A stretch of 64,000 bases of DNA, taken from the NCBI GenBank assembly GCA_963815195.1, contig CAWFGE010000023.1, positions 224,001 through 288,000 on the forward strand, given 5' to 3'. This DNA comes from an uncultured Planctomycetaceae bacterium (GTDB taxonomy: Bacteria; Planctomycetota; Planctomycetia; Planctomycetales; Planctomycetaceae). This document shows positions 31,781-43,229 of this stretch, one piece after another. The notes under the pieces are model-generated. The model did not search any database, was not told where the DNA came from, and saw only the letters and a program-made list of their open reading frames with translations. Position 1 is the stretch's first letter. The number at the start of each line of letters is the position of its first letter. Both the position numbers and the translations under genes were made by a program.

Positions 31781-34210
31781 TCAATCCGCGACGCTTTCTT
31801 TGAGGATCCCTCCATAAATCTCGCGGGCCTGGTCGTAGGCCTTGTTCGCGGCGGGGCGTTCGGATTCGCGGATTTGCGGACGCTTGGCGTTCCAGCACAC
31901 ATCGACCGCCTTTCGGCACCACTCCGCACTTTTGCGGCTCGCGCGGATCGGCTTTCCCTCGACCTCCACGAAGATTGGATTGGTGTGCACCGAAGGCAAA
32001 ATCCGCACGGCGAGCCAGCTCGAATGTTTTAAGTCCACATCGAATTCTAAGGACTGAGTGGAACCGTCCGCCACGATTTCCCGCTTGGCGACCGGCTGGC
32101 CGTTGACGATCAACTCGACCGGGACCTTGCGGCTATCGCCGATCCGGCAGCGCTCGATGTGCCAATAGGGTTTTTGATCGAGCCGGGCGTTTTTGATCCG
32201 CCGGGTTTCATCGGTGGGTTCGGGTTCCAATCGGGCGGCCACGTCGAATTTGACTTTGACTTTTCCGGGTTTCTCGAGACTCAACTGGCTGAGTTTTTTC
32301 TCGCTGCCCGGTTCGCCGAGGGCGACGGTGGTTTGGGTTTTGGGATCGGTCACGCTGAGATCCAGAATATGGCTGCGGCCGTCGCCGCAATAACTCCGCC
32401 CATCTTTGACGCCCAGAATCCAGGTATCAAAGTCGAGCTTCTCGCCTTCGGGGACCTTGACATAAATCCGGCCGAGGCCAACTTTGTCGCCGTAGATGCA
32501 GGGGAAATCGGTCTCGCCGCTGATCTTCGCCCGGAAGCCGCAGTTCAGCGTGTGATACCAGATGTTGAGTTCCCAGATGCTCGGCGTATCGACGGCGGAG
32601 ATGAAGTCACACACATCATGGGCCACCGTGACGATGTACTCGTTCGCCCCGATGCCGTCGAACTTGGGCATTGCGTAATCGGGCAGTTTGTCCGCGGCCT
32701 TGCCGTTCCCACCCTCCGGCGGTCGGCGATAGTTCACGAACTGCCGGGACCCGTTCGGCATGATGTCCGGCAGTTGCAGGCCCCAACCGCTGTGGCTATA
32801 GCCCACAACCCCGCCTTGCTTTTTGCCCCAAGCCAAGACGGGCAGCGTCCAACTCGGCCACTGCTCGATATATTCGGTGCCGGGGTAGTCATCTTCCTTG
32901 AGGCGGAGCAAACACAAATGCCCGGCGTGCGACGAGGGGAAGCCGCTGACTTCGACATCGTAGCGCATCAGATAATTCGGCCGGGACAGGGCTGAGGTCT
33001 GGCCTTCGAAATACTGCTTCTGCGTGTACCAGCACGGCCCCCACGAGAGCACGCAGCCCACGTTGAGATCCTCGCCCAGAATGTGCCGGAGCATGTCCGA
33101 GGGCGTGACGCCTTCGGTGGGGCTGTCGTAGTGGGCACAACCCGCGGCGTGCACGTGATGGTCCCCGGAATACCAGCCGCGAGTCGCGGGATGCGTCCAC
33201 CTTTTCAACTGGAAGTCGGCCTTGATGCTCGCCACCTTTTCGGGCACCCTCAGCGTGCGGGTTTGTTCGAGATATTCCGGCCCACGGGCGATCGTGACTT
33301 GATATTCGCCCGGCGGCAGGTAAACCGTTTCTCCGTCCGCGCGGTAGATTTGATTGTGGAAGAAAAAGTCCGGAGCCAGCCGGCGGGCGGGGTTCGGATA
33401 AACCCGGCCCAGCTTATCGCGAATGACAAACGCCGCCGTCGTCGGTGATCCATCTTCATCCTTCACCCCTAAAGCGACCGTGACCGCCGGGACGCAGTCG
33501 AACAACAGCGCCACGGAATTGCGAAAGCCGATGTCCTGCGTGCCCTGGCCCACGTTGAAGGACAACTCCGCTTCGCGCCGGCCCGCGTCCCGGCTGTAAA
33601 GCTGAATGATGCGGTATTCGAGCTCCAATCCCGACAGCGTTGGCTTCTGCGGCTGCTTGTCGAACATCGCGATGTCCAAAAACCGCTGCGAGACTTCGCC
33701 CGGCGGAACGAGCTTTTGCTCGGTGAGCGGCCGCTGCCTCGGTCCCTGGCCGCGCATGTAAAGCGGAGCCGCGTTGGGGCTTTCCGCGACGAGTTTGGGA
33801 TTGATGCCCGCTTCGTTGTGCACCTTCACGAGAAACGTCCGCCAGCCTTGCTGCACGAGTTCCTTCTTCGCTGGGCCCTCGGCGACTTTCACCCGGCTCT
33901 CCGCGTTGATGTGCACGCCGGCGAGGCAGTATTTGTCGAGGATGTCCTGAATCTGCCGAATCGCCTTGGGATGATCGGTGCTTTGGATGGCCTCTTTGAG
34001 AGCCTGCGCGTCTCCATCGCTTAAGGGAGCACCGACATATTTGAGCGCTTCGAGCAAGCGTTCGCAGGCTGCGGCGAGTGGCTGGTGTTCGACGTTCTGC
34101 ACCAGATCGAGTTTCGCCGCCCGAGCGGCCGAGGCTCCGCAGTGTCCAAACCCCGCAAAGAGAACCAGCAAGCACAGACATCGGCGAGGGAAGAGAGTGG
34201 AAGTAAACAT
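31781..34210 (-). CDS. Secreted CehA/McbA-family (PHP-like) metallohydrolase
   Basis: Signal peptide; GWYSGDHHVH, HAGH, YSH, WYHTLNCG, GETDF, HTNP. Confidence 0.8.
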   Translation of the reverse strand: MFTSTLFPRRCLCLLVLFAGFGHCGASAARAAKLDLVQNVEHQPLAAACERLLEALKYVGAPLSDGDAQALKEAIQSTDHPKAIRQIQDILDKYCLAGVHINAESRVKVAEGPAKKELVQQGWRTFLVKVHNEAGINPKLVAESPNAAPLYMRGQGPRQRPLTEQKLVPPGEVSQRFLDIAMFDKQPQKPTLSGLELEYRIIQLYSRDAGRREAELSFNVGQGTQDIGFRNSVALLFDCVPAVTVALGVKDEDGSPTTAAFVIRDKLGRVYPNPARRLAPDFFFHNQIYRADGETVYLPPGEYQVTIARGPEYLEQTRTLRVPEKVASIKADFQLKRWTHPATRGWYSGDHHVHAAGCAHYDSPTEGVTPSDMLRHILGEDLNVGCVLSWGPCWYTQKQYFEGQTSALSRPNYLMRYDVEVSGFPSSHAGHLCLLRLKEDDYPGTEYIEQWPSWTLPVLAWGKKQGGVVGYSHSGWGLQLPDIMPNGSRQFVNYRRPPEGGNGKAADKLPDYAMPKFDGIGANEYIVTVAHDVCDFISAVDTPSIWELNIWYHTLNCGFRAKISGETDFPCIYGDKVGLGRIYVKVPEGEKLDFDTWILGVKDGRSYCGDGRSHILDLSVTDPKTQTTVALGEPGSEKKLSQLSLEKPGKVKVKFDVAARLEPEPTDETRRIKNARLDQKPYWHIERCRIGDSRKVPVELIVNGQPVAKREIVADGSTQSLEFDVDLKHSSWLAVRILPSVHTNPIFVEVEGKPIRASRKSAEWCRKAVDVCWNAKRPQIRESERPAANKAYDQAREIYGGILKESVAD

Positions 34211-34317
34211 GCTGCGGACCTCCGAGTGAGAGTGGACCCAAATCACACCTCATAGCCTACCGTGAACCGGCCCGGTTTTCAAAATCACCGGCCGCTTTCT
34301 GTTTTGTCAAGCGGCTT

Positions 34318-34405
34318 GGGTGGCACGCTCTGAGCGCAGCGAAGGGCGTGGCGATCGCAAAGTCCACGCCCTTCGTTCCTCAGGGCGTGCCACCCGTGCC
34401 ACCCG
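34318..34405. repeat. REP-like family A doublet
   Basis: GGGTGGCACG..CGAAGGGCGTGG-spacer-CCACGCCCTTCG..CGTGCCACCC. Confidence 0.85.
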
Positions 34406-34762
34406 TGCGAAACCAACAAGCCATCCCGTTCACGACGATCGCTATTTGCGGTCGAATGAGGCTTGTGTTTCTGTTGCGCGATTGCGGGATTCTTGAATTT
34501 TTTTTGCGAAACCCGAGACAGCGGTGTGACATCGACGCAGTTTGATTCAAGAACGCAGGTTGCGCGGAAAAATCCAAAACCCGATTCCGCGGAACTTGGC
34601 CGGGTTCGTGGAAACCCCGTGGATTCCCTCATGCCGGCGGAACTGGCTTGCCGAAATTACCAGAAGAACCCAGCGTGCGGAGGCATGCCGGTTTCACGAC
34701 GGTTTTCTTAGCGGGAAAACCATTTTTTTCCCTTCTGCCGACAAGATGTTGTCAGGACTGCG

Positions 34763-35704
34763 ATGGCCACCCAAGCGAACACGCCGGGTCCCCCGGAGTT
34801 GTCGGTCGTCTCAAACGGTGCGGACGCTCCGACGGCACCCCCGCCCACGCCATTTCTCTATCTGGAGATCAGGCGGGGACAGACCGAATTTCCCGAACGC
34901 CCCGTTTACTCGCGAAATTTTTTGATCGGCAGCGGTTGCGATTGCGATTTGCGTTTGGGTGGCGCAGGCATCCCCGAAGCCCATTGTGTGTTGGTCGCCC
35001 GCGCCAGCGAAGTTTGCATCCAATGGCTGGCCGAGGCCCCGCCGCTTTACATCAACGGAGAACTCACCCACGAATGCAGCCTCTGTGAAGGCGACGAAAT
35101 CGCGATCGGGCGGTTTGAATTTATTGTCCATCGACTCATGGGACACGCCGCGGTCGCCAAGGAACAAAAACACGCAAAACCCGATGCCCAACCCAACCCG
35201 CCGCTCGAAACCGGGGCCTTGCTGAATCTCCTTTCGGAAGCCAAACAACAGGAAGAATCGGCCGATCTCGCGGAAACGCCTGCGAGCGAACTGGCCGCGA
35301 AATGGGAAACCGACCAGGAATTGATCGAAGAATTTGAGGCCGCGGTCAGGCAGGGCGAAGCGGCTCTTTTGTATGCCGCCGCCCAGCGGGCCGCGGACTT
35401 GATGGATGATCCCTCTCTGTCGAAAACATCCGAACCGCCTGTTCCCCGATCGGCCGGCGATCCGATTGAAGAGGAAGTCCTGGAAGAATTGGAGCAGGTC
35501 ATCGAGCAGTTGAGCGGGTTTTCCGCCGAGTTGGAACAACGGGCCAAACGCCTCGCCGAGCAGGAAGCCACGCAAACGGAAGCGGCGGAACTTTTGCTGG
35601 ACGCTCAAAAAGAATTGGCCGCCCAACTGGACCGCTTCCAACAACAAGTCGCCGACACGCATATACCGCAGGAAACAGAACCCAAGCTGCGAAAAGCCGC
35701 CTAG
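34763..35704 (+). CDS. FHA-domain protein with acidic coiled-coil C-terminus
   Basis: FLIGSG..CDLRL......HC, ING, L.EGD.I.IG. Confidence 0.8.
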   Translation: MATQANTPGPPELSVVSNGADAPTAPPPTPFLYLEIRRGQTEFPERPVYSRNFLIGSGCDCDLRLGGAGIPEAHCVLVARASEVCIQWLAEAPPLYINGELTHECSLCEGDEIAIGRFEFIVHRLMGHAAVAKEQKHAKPDAQPNPPLETGALLNLLSEAKQQEESADLAETPASELAAKWETDQELIEEFEAAVRQGEAALLYAAAQRAADLMDDPSLSKTSEPPVPRSAGDPIEEEVLEELEQVIEQLSGFSAELEQRAKRLAEQEATQTEAAELLLDAQKELAAQLDRFQQQVADTHIPQETEPKLRKAA

Positions 35705-35780
35705 ACCAGCCCAGCGGCGTTGAAACCGCGCTTTGAAGGAAATGCTGTTTAGCAACGAAGAACTGGATTGGGGGAACGAC

Positions 35781-35820
35781 GAAGCCCGGCCACCTTAGGG
35801 TGCCGGGCTTCTGTCTATTT
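35781..35820 (+). terminator. Intrinsic terminator-like hairpin
   Basis: GAAGCCCGGC-CACCTTAGGGT-GCCGGGCTTC followed by a T-rich tract. Confidence 0.6.
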
Positions 35821-35965
35821 CCGCGCGGTCCGCTTTTGAGATTGATCCTGCGGTTGAGAAATCACAGACTTATACCACAATCAACCAACAGGCGAGCGTG
35901 GGGCGGCAGCCCCAGGCGGATGTTGAATCAAGAGGCATAAAAAAAATATTGGAGCATCAATCACC

Positions 35966-36658
35966 ATGGCAACGCAACTGACGTTTCTGGGACACGGCTC
36001 CTTTCAAATCGAAACGGGCGGCCAGACGATTTTGATCGACCCCTTTCTCACCGATAACCCCGCGGCTTCCACGACGGCCGATGCCGTCTCTCCCGATGTG
36101 ATCCTCGTCTCGCACGGCCACGGCGATCACATGGGCGACACCGTCGCCATCGCCAAACGCACCGGGGCCTTGGTGATCGCCAACTTTGAAATCTGCAACT
36201 GGCTCGGGGAGCAGGGCGTCTCAAACACGCACCCGCAGCACATCGGCGGCGCGCACCGGCACGCCTTCGGCACGCTCAAGCTCACCATCGCCCATCACGG
36301 CTCCATGCTGCCCGACGGCTCCAACGGCGGCAACCCCTGCGGATTGTTGTTGAAGCTGGCCGACGGCAATATCTATCATGCCTGCGACACGGGCTTGTTT
36401 CTGGACATGCAGCTCATCGGCGAAGTCGGCCTGGACGTGGCGATCCTGCCCATCGGCGACAATTTCACCATGGGCCCCGACGACGCCCTGAAAGCGGTCA
36501 AGTTTCTAAAGCCCAAACGCGTCATCCCCGACCATTACAACACCTGGCCCCTCATCGCCCAAGACGCCGAAGCCTGGGCCAAGCGCGTCAAAGCCGAAAC
36601 CGAGAGTGAACCCGTCGTCCTCGAACCCGGGGGCACGTTGACGCTCGGGTCATCCTAG
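35966..36658 (+). CDS. Metal-dependent hydrolase, UPF0173/MBL fold
   Basis: LGHGS, IDPFL, SHGHGDH, HACDT, LPIGDNFTMG, HYNTW. Confidence 0.9.
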   Translation: MATQLTFLGHGSFQIETGGQTILIDPFLTDNPAASTTADAVSPDVILVSHGHGDHMGDTVAIAKRTGALVIANFEICNWLGEQGVSNTHPQHIGGAHRHAFGTLKLTIAHHGSMLPDGSNGGNPCGLLLKLADGNIYHACDTGLFLDMQLIGEVGLDVAILPIGDNFTMGPDDALKAVKFLKPKRVIPDHYNTWPLIAQDAEAWAKRVKAETESEPVVLEPGGTLTLGSS

Positions 36659-36763
36659 ACGCTCCCACAACGAACCGCGGTATGCCGGGTCACCGCGCGG
36701 CTCGTCTCAAGCTTTTTTCGTTCTTGTTGAAACGCCACCAGAATCCCCTTCCCGTTTGATTTG

Positions 36764-37394
36764 ATGATGGCACCTTCGCCCACACTGATTCTCGCCAGCC
36801 GGAACGAAAAGAAGATCGGCGAGATCCAGGCTCTGTTAAAACCTCATGGGATTTTCGTCACGGGGATCTCCGAATATCCCGACCTCCGCGACGTCGAGGA
36901 AGATCAAGACACATTCCAAGGCAACGCCGAAAAAAAAGCCCGCGAGATCGCCCGGAAAGTCAAGCAGTGGACGCTCGCCGAGGACAGCGGCCTCTGCGTC
37001 GATGCCCTGGGCGGCGAGCCGGGGGTGTTTTCCGCCCGCTACGCCGGCGAGACCGGCAGCCGCGAAGAGCGCGACCGCCGCAACAACGAAAAACTGATCC
37101 AGGCCCTGGCCAACGTTCCTCTTGAGAAGCGAAGCGCCCATTACGTTTGCCACGTCGCGGTGGCGGACCCGGCGGGCGACATCCGGCTCAACCAGGAAGC
37201 CACCTGCAACGGCCGCATCATCGATGAGCCGCGCGGCACCAACGGGTTCGGCTACGATCCGCATTTCCTCATCCTGGAATATCACCGCACCTTCGGCGAA
37301 TTGAGCCCGCTCGTCAAAAACAAACTCAGCCACCGCGCGGGCTTTCCAGAGATTGATCCCGAAACTTGTCGCTCAATTGCCTGGGACGATTTGA
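36764..37394 (+). CDS. rdgB: dITP/XTP pyrophosphatase (frameshift just after SHR)
   Basis: ASRNEKK, EDSGL.VDALGG.PGV.SARY, GFGYDP, SHR. Confidence 0.92.
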
Positions 37395-38552
37395 GATTCC
37401 GATTCGTCGTCGTTCTCGAATCGTCGCATTCCTCAACCGGCGGCATGTCTTGGCATCGTGGTGCAACCACATAAGTTGTTTTGAGAAAACCGGTTACGAG
37501 AAAAATCGCCCCATTTTGGCCGGCGGATTCTAACCTGAACAAAAACCGACTTCTTGAAAACTTCTGAAAAAATGGCAGAATTCGGTGAACCAATCTGAAA
37601 GTTTTGGCGTCCCCATCCGTAGATGTAGAGAGTGTCGGCGCCCCATCAGCGCCTTCATCGTCAACCATTTTCTCTTACCCCTTGTTGGAGAGGTTTCTCC
37701 AATTTCTTTTGGCTCAAACGCTGAGCCACTTCTTTTTCAGGAAACGGATCAGTTTCCTTGGTGCTGCGGGTCAACCGCAGGAGGTGATGTGATGTTGCGG
37801 AATATCGAAAATCAGAATTCGGTCGCTTTGATCCTCTCCGATCTGAACATCGGTTTGGTGGTCGCCGCCGGTTCCGCCATCGCGCATGACCTCCGTCTAC
37901 GGGAACGTCTCCTCGAAATGCCGAGGGAGGAATTTCCGGGACGCCCCATGCTCGGGAAACGGCCCTCCGATCCCCAGCCGGATACGAAACGCACGTATCC
38001 AGGCGGCGGATTGACGGAAACCGCGGCCACAACCGCGGCGTCCGCCTCCGCCAGTTCCAGCCGATGCGCGGAAAGTCCGCTGTATTCCTTAGGAATAGGG
38101 CATCGCTTTCCCCAGACCTTAGACCAGCGTCATTGGCGCCGCTCGCAGGTCTCGGTCGCATCAGGCCGGTGTGGAGAGGGGATGGCCCAACCGGTGTGTT
38201 GTCCGGCAGTCGTATCCGGCTAATTGCTCGGGTTACGAATTGCCTCAACAAATCGGTTCGGTCGTGGGCGGCTTTGCCGGGGATCACAAGTCCTCTTGAA
38301 TTGTGATTCCCTACGGCGTGTCCCGGTCCCAGCTTCAGGGCTTTGTTGCCCCAGGCGGATTCTTCCGCACCTCGGCAACAAAACTCCGCTGAGATTTGGC
38401 CGGAAGCCTCGCGTGTGTTGCTGACTTATTTTCTTTCGCAGCCGCCCGAGTGCCGTCGCAAAGTCCTGCTTTGGGAATTTCCGAGTTTGCACGCGGTTTG
38501 AGTTTGATGAACGAACTTCTCAAACCGTTCCCAAGAAGGGAGCTGATCCATT

Positions 38553-39104
38553 ATGAACGAAACTGAAATGATCCAGTGGGTGACGTTGGCCCAGGCGGGC
38601 GACCGCGAGGCGTTCGGCCGGCTCGCGGAGCAGTTCGAGCAGACGGTGTTCGCGACGGTCTTCCGCCGGCTGCGGAACCACGCGGAAGCCGGGGAAGTCA
38701 CGCAGGACGTGCTCATCCAGGCGATGCGGAAGCTGCCGCAATTGCGGGATCCAGCCCGGTTTGCGGGTTGGCTCAAGCGGATCGCCGTGCGGATGTCGAT
38801 CAACCGTGCGGTCCGCCGGCCCCATGAGACAGCGCGCAGCCCGGAAATGTTCGGTTCGCTGACAGACAACACGGAAACGCCGCTGGCCGACTTGATGCGG
38901 ACCGAAGCCGCCGCCGAGGTCCGGGGCGGCTTGGAAAAGCTCCGCGAGCTGGATCGGCAGACGCTGATCGCGTTCTACTTCGAGGGCCAGTCCCTCAAAG
39001 AGATGAGCGACCAGATGGGCAGCCCGATCGGCACGATCAAGCGGCGACTGCACACGGCCCGCAACCGGCTGAAGGAAATGCTGGTCGAAATGCAATCGGC
39101 CTGA
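38553..39104 (+). CDS. ECF sigma-70 factor
   Basis: AQAGDREAF, EVTQDV, F.GWL..I, IGTIKRRLHTAR. Confidence 0.9.
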   Translation: MNETEMIQWVTLAQAGDREAFGRLAEQFEQTVFATVFRRLRNHAEAGEVTQDVLIQAMRKLPQLRDPARFAGWLKRIAVRMSINRAVRRPHETARSPEMFGSLTDNTETPLADLMRTEAAAEVRGGLEKLRELDRQTLIAFYFEGQSLKEMSDQMGSPIGTIKRRLHTARNRLKEMLVEMQSA

Positions 39105-39134
39105 ACACGGTGCTAACCACCGGCAAATGAAACC

Positions 39135-39174
39135 CAAGAGCCTGGGGAGTCACTGCGATTCTTCAGGCTCTTGG
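39135..39174 (+). terminator. Terminator-like hairpin after ECF gene
   Basis: CCAAGAGCCTG...CAGGCTCTTGG. Confidence 0.55.
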
Positions 39175-39385
39175 TGTTGGTCGGGTCGATCGAGCGTGCG
39201 TCGACTTTGCTTTGCTCTCTTACGAGATCCAAGATAGCCAAGTAATCTGCAAACCCTTCAGCAAACCATCGACGAAGTGCTGTCATAAACCCGCCCGATG
39301 GGTTATGCTCAGAAAGTCGGCGATCGCTCCACGAACGTAGTGGCTCGTTGATCGTCGCATCATAAACGGGTTGAGTTGTGGATAC

Positions 39386-39685
39386 ATGAGCAGTGTAGTA
39401 ATGCTTGCCCTTTTTATTCAGTTTCTCATCATTTCTTACTTGGTGATCGTGAATGCTACACCCGAGACGAAATTTTCGCGCATCAATCGCACATTGATTC
39501 GCGTCGTTCTCGCCGCATTGATTCCCGGTCTGATCCTTGGAGCCAGCGGAGCCGTGCCGGGCATCATGGCCCCCTTTGGCCCTGAGCGATTCGCTTATTT
39601 TGCGCCGCTGTTTTGTGTGGGATTATTCGTTGGAGTTGTGGCCCAAATCGTCCGGTATGCTTGTCGATATTACGATCGTTCCTGA
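39386..39685 (+). CDS. Small three-TM hypothetical membrane protein
   Basis: Three hydrophobic segments; lower GC. Confidence 0.5.
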   Translation: MSSVVMLALFIQFLIISYLVIVNATPETKFSRINRTLIRVVLAALIPGLILGASGAVPGIMAPFGPERFAYFAPLFCVGLFVGVVAQIVRYACRYYDRS

Positions 39686-39720
39686 GACTTACGTTCCGAT
39701 TTCATCACGAGATTGCCCCA

Positions 39721-41154
39721 ATGATTGACCGCTGTTTGCTGCTCCTCGCCTGTTTGTTTCCCGTCGCGAATGTTGTCCGGGCTGAAGCTCCGAAATACAA
39801 CGTGCTGTTTATCATTTCGGACGATCTGACGAAAACGGCTCTTTCGTGCTACGGAAACAAAGTCTGCCAGACGCCGAACATCGACCGCCTCGCCGCGCGG
39901 GGCGTCCGATTTACTCGCGCGTATTGCCAGGGCACGTATTGCGGACCGTCGCGGGCTTCGTTTATGTCGGGGTATTATCCGCACGCCACGGGCGTGCTGG
40001 GCTACATCAGCCCCCGCAAAGCCATCGGCGACCGGGAAACCTGGGCGCAGCATTTCAAGAACGCCGGCTACTACACCGCCCGCGTAAGCAAAATCTTCCA
40101 CATGGGCGTGCCCGGCGGGATCGAACAAGGCACCGACGGCGCGGACGATCCCATCTCCTGGACCGATCGCTTCAACAGCCAAGGCCCCGAATGGAAAGCC
40201 CCCGGCACCGGCGAGACCCTGGAAGGCAACCCCGACGGCAAAAAGCCCGTGGTCGGCGGGAACACGTTTGTCGTGGTGGCCGCCGACGGTGACGACCTTG
40301 TCCACTCCGACGGCAAGACCGCCGCCAAAGCCTGCGAACTCATCGCGGAGCATAAGGACGAACCGTTCTTTTTGGGCGTGGGGTTCGTTCGGCCGCATGT
40401 GCCGTTCGTTTCGCCCCAGCCCGACCACGAGCCGTTCCCCTTCGAGCAAATGCAGCTTCCGCCCAAAGTCCCGGGCGATTGGGACGACATCCCCAAAGCC
40501 GGCATCAACTACAAAACCAGCAAAAACATGCAGATGAACGTCACCCGGCAAAAGAAAGCCGTGGGCGGATATTACGCGGCGGTGCGGTTTATGGATCGGC
40601 AAGTCGGCAAGGTCTTGGATGCCCTGAAAGACGCCGGCTTGGACGAGAAGACAATCGTGATTTTTACCTCAGATCACGGCTACCACCTGGGCCAGCACGA
40701 TTTCTGGGCGAAGGTCAGCCTGCACGAAGAATCTGCGACCGTGCCTTTGATCATCAGCGTCCCCGGCAAGAAACCCGCCGTCTGCCGTTCCTTCGTGGAG
40801 TTGTTGGATCTTTATCCCACCGTCTCGGCTCTGTGCGGACTCGATGTTCCCGACCGGCTCCAGGGAAAAGACATCTCAAAGATGCTTGACGATCCAAGCC
40901 ACCAGGTCCGGGGCGCCGCTTTCAGCGTGAATGGCAAGGGCTTTCTCTTGCGGGAAGACCAATGGGCCTACATTCAATATGCCGAGAACGCTTCCAACGG
41001 AATCGAACTGTTCGACATGAACGCCGACGCCGAGCAATACACCAACCTCGCCGACAGCCCCGAACATCGGCAAGTCGTGGAACGCTTCAAACAAAAGCTC
41101 GCCGACAAACTCAAAAGCGTCCGCGACAACGATCTGAAACAGCCGCAAAAATGA
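39721..41154 (+). CDS. Secreted Cys-type sulfatase
   Basis: NVLFIISDD, TPNIDRL, CGPSR, RPHVP, TSDHG. Confidence 0.93.
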   Translation: MIDRCLLLLACLFPVANVVRAEAPKYNVLFIISDDLTKTALSCYGNKVCQTPNIDRLAARGVRFTRAYCQGTYCGPSRASFMSGYYPHATGVLGYISPRKAIGDRETWAQHFKNAGYYTARVSKIFHMGVPGGIEQGTDGADDPISWTDRFNSQGPEWKAPGTGETLEGNPDGKKPVVGGNTFVVVAADGDDLVHSDGKTAAKACELIAEHKDEPFFLGVGFVRPHVPFVSPQPDHEPFPFEQMQLPPKVPGDWDDIPKAGINYKTSKNMQMNVTRQKKAVGGYYAAVRFMDRQVGKVLDALKDAGLDEKTIVIFTSDHGYHLGQHDFWAKVSLHEESATVPLIISVPGKKPAVCRSFVELLDLYPTVSALCGLDVPDRLQGKDISKMLDDPSHQVRGAAFSVNGKGFLLREDQWAYIQYAENASNGIELFDMNADAEQYTNLADSPEHRQVVERFKQKLADKLKSVRDNDLKQPQK

Positions 41155-41539
41155 CCGGCTGCTGACAGTTCGAGGGACAAAGGCCACAAAGCGGCAAAGG
41201 CGGCAAAGTGGCTGAGCGCAGAACTGTTCAAAAGCCGGAATTCTGGCGGAATGGAGTCGGCGATTGTATCTTCGGGCCGCCGATCTGGTATGATAAAGAG
41301 GGAGCCAAAACGCCCCTCTTGTCCCAGATTGCGGAATTTCTCTTGGCGGATTTTCGCCATAAGTCATTCCAATTTCAGGACTTGCAGCCGAAAAGCTTCC
41401 GGGCCACCAAAAAAACCTGAAAAACCGACGAAGGTTTTCCCGATTCGGTGGGTGTTCTTATGGGTGGCAAATGGGCCGGCCGCTCTGGTCCCCGCCCAAT
41501 CGTCCACCACGCCAGAAAAAATGACTGGAGGAACTGAAC

Positions 41540-43189
41540 ATGAAATGGTCTTGGCGAGCAGCAGTGTTTTTGACGGCTTGCTCCGTCGTGTCGATCGCCT
41601 CTCTCAGCCAGGCCGCGGAAGAGGGCGGGGTCCGCTCGGCGGCGGGCTCTTCGTCAGCGATCGTGGATTACATCAACGAGCGGATCCGCCAGGGCTGGAC
41701 GGACAACGAAATCAAACCGTCCGACGTGGCCGAGGACGAAGAATGGCTCCGCCGGGCCTATCTCGACATCGCGGGGCATATTCCGCCCGCCGACGTGGTC
41801 GAGAAGTTCCTGGCCGAAAAGGACAAAAACAAACGCTCCAAGCTGATCGAGCAACTGCTCGATGATCCGAGCTACGAGCGGAACTTCGCCACGATTTGGA
41901 CGAACCTGTCCGTCGGGCGGCTGGCGCCGCGCCGCGGGAACCGCATGCCCTACAGCCGGGAAGACATGTACCGCTTCTATCTGCGGGCCTTCCACGACAA
42001 CCGGCCCTGGGACCAAATTGTGTTTGATGTGGTCTCCGCCGAAGGCCGGCATGACCGCGAAGGAGCCGTCAATTATCTCCTCGCCCAGATGCAAATGCCG
42101 GACGAAGGCGTGCAGGCGACCGCCAAGACCACGCGGCTGTTCATGGGCATTCAGGTCCAATGCACCCAATGCCACGACCACCCCTTCAACAAGTGGGAGC
42201 AAGACCAGTTCTGGCAATTCAACAGTTTCTTCCGCCAGGTCGCCAAGGACGTGGAGCGGGAATACAACCCCAAATCCGGGCGGATGGAAGACAAATATGT
42301 AAGCCTCGTCCGCAAGGATTTTTCGGGTCCGGTGTTCTTCGAGCGCCGCAGCGGGGAAATGAAAGTCGCCTATCCCACGTTTTTCGATCAGAAGGTTCCC
42401 GAAGGTCCGGGCGTCAATCGCCGGGAAGCGTTGGCCAAGCTGATGACCCAAGGCGAAGAGCCCTGGATCGCCAAGGCGATGGTCAACCGCATGTGGAGCC
42501 ATTTCATGGGCTACGGGTTCACGAAGCCCGTCGATGACATGGGCCCGCACAACGCCGCGTCCCACCCGGAGCTGTTGGACCGGCTCGCGGTCGAGTTTGT
42601 CAAAAGCCGGTACGACGTGAAGCAACTTGTCCGCTGGATCACCAACAGCGAAGCCTACAACCTCACGAGCCGGATGGGCCGGAACAACGAAATGGACAAC
42701 CCCGCCGCCGGGGAAGTCCCGCTGTTCAGCCACATGTACGTCAAGACCATGTCGCCCGAGCAGTTGTACGATTCGCTGATTATCGCGACCGAAGCCCACA
42801 AGGCCGGCCGTTCGAGTTGGACGGAAGCCGACAAGAAAAAACAGCAGTGGATGCAACAGTTCGTCGTCGCCTTCGACACCGACGAAGCGGACGAAGCAAC
42901 CACGTTCAACGGCACGATCCCGCAGGCTTTGATGATGATGAACAGCGAACTGGTGAAAAACGCGATCAGCACCGACAAGGGCACGTACCTGAGCACCGTG
43001 CTCGCGAACCGGGGCAACGACATGGCGAAGATCAATCAACTCTATCAATCGGTCCTGGGCCGCAAACCGACCCATACCGAACTCAAGAAATTCGATGAAA
43101 TCGTCCGCCGGTATCCCAACAAACTCTGGGCCTACCAGGACATGTTCTGGGCCCTGTTGAACGCGAACGAGTTTATCTTGAACCACTAA
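41540..43189 (+). CDS. DUF1549/DUF1553 planctomycete protein with CxxCH
   Basis: WLRRAYLDIAGHIP, CTQCHDHP, VNRMW, SHPELLD.LA, WALLN.NEF. Confidence 0.9.
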   Translation: MKWSWRAAVFLTACSVVSIASLSQAAEEGGVRSAAGSSSAIVDYINERIRQGWTDNEIKPSDVAEDEEWLRRAYLDIAGHIPPADVVEKFLAEKDKNKRSKLIEQLLDDPSYERNFATIWTNLSVGRLAPRRGNRMPYSREDMYRFYLRAFHDNRPWDQIVFDVVSAEGRHDREGAVNYLLAQMQMPDEGVQATAKTTRLFMGIQVQCTQCHDHPFNKWEQDQFWQFNSFFRQVAKDVEREYNPKSGRMEDKYVSLVRKDFSGPVFFERRSGEMKVAYPTFFDQKVPEGPGVNRREALAKLMTQGEEPWIAKAMVNRMWSHFMGYGFTKPVDDMGPHNAASHPELLDRLAVEFVKSRYDVKQLVRWITNSEAYNLTSRMGRNNEMDNPAAGEVPLFSHMYVKTMSPEQLYDSLIIATEAHKAGRSSWTEADKKKQQWMQQFVVAFDTDEADEATTFNGTIPQALMMMNSELVKNAISTDKGTYLSTVLANRGNDMAKINQLYQSVLGRKPTHTELKKFDEIVRRYPNKLWAYQDMFWALLNANEFILNH

Positions 43190-43229
43190 GCTCAGGGATC
43201 GGAGGCCAGAGGTCGGAGGCCAGGGAAGA

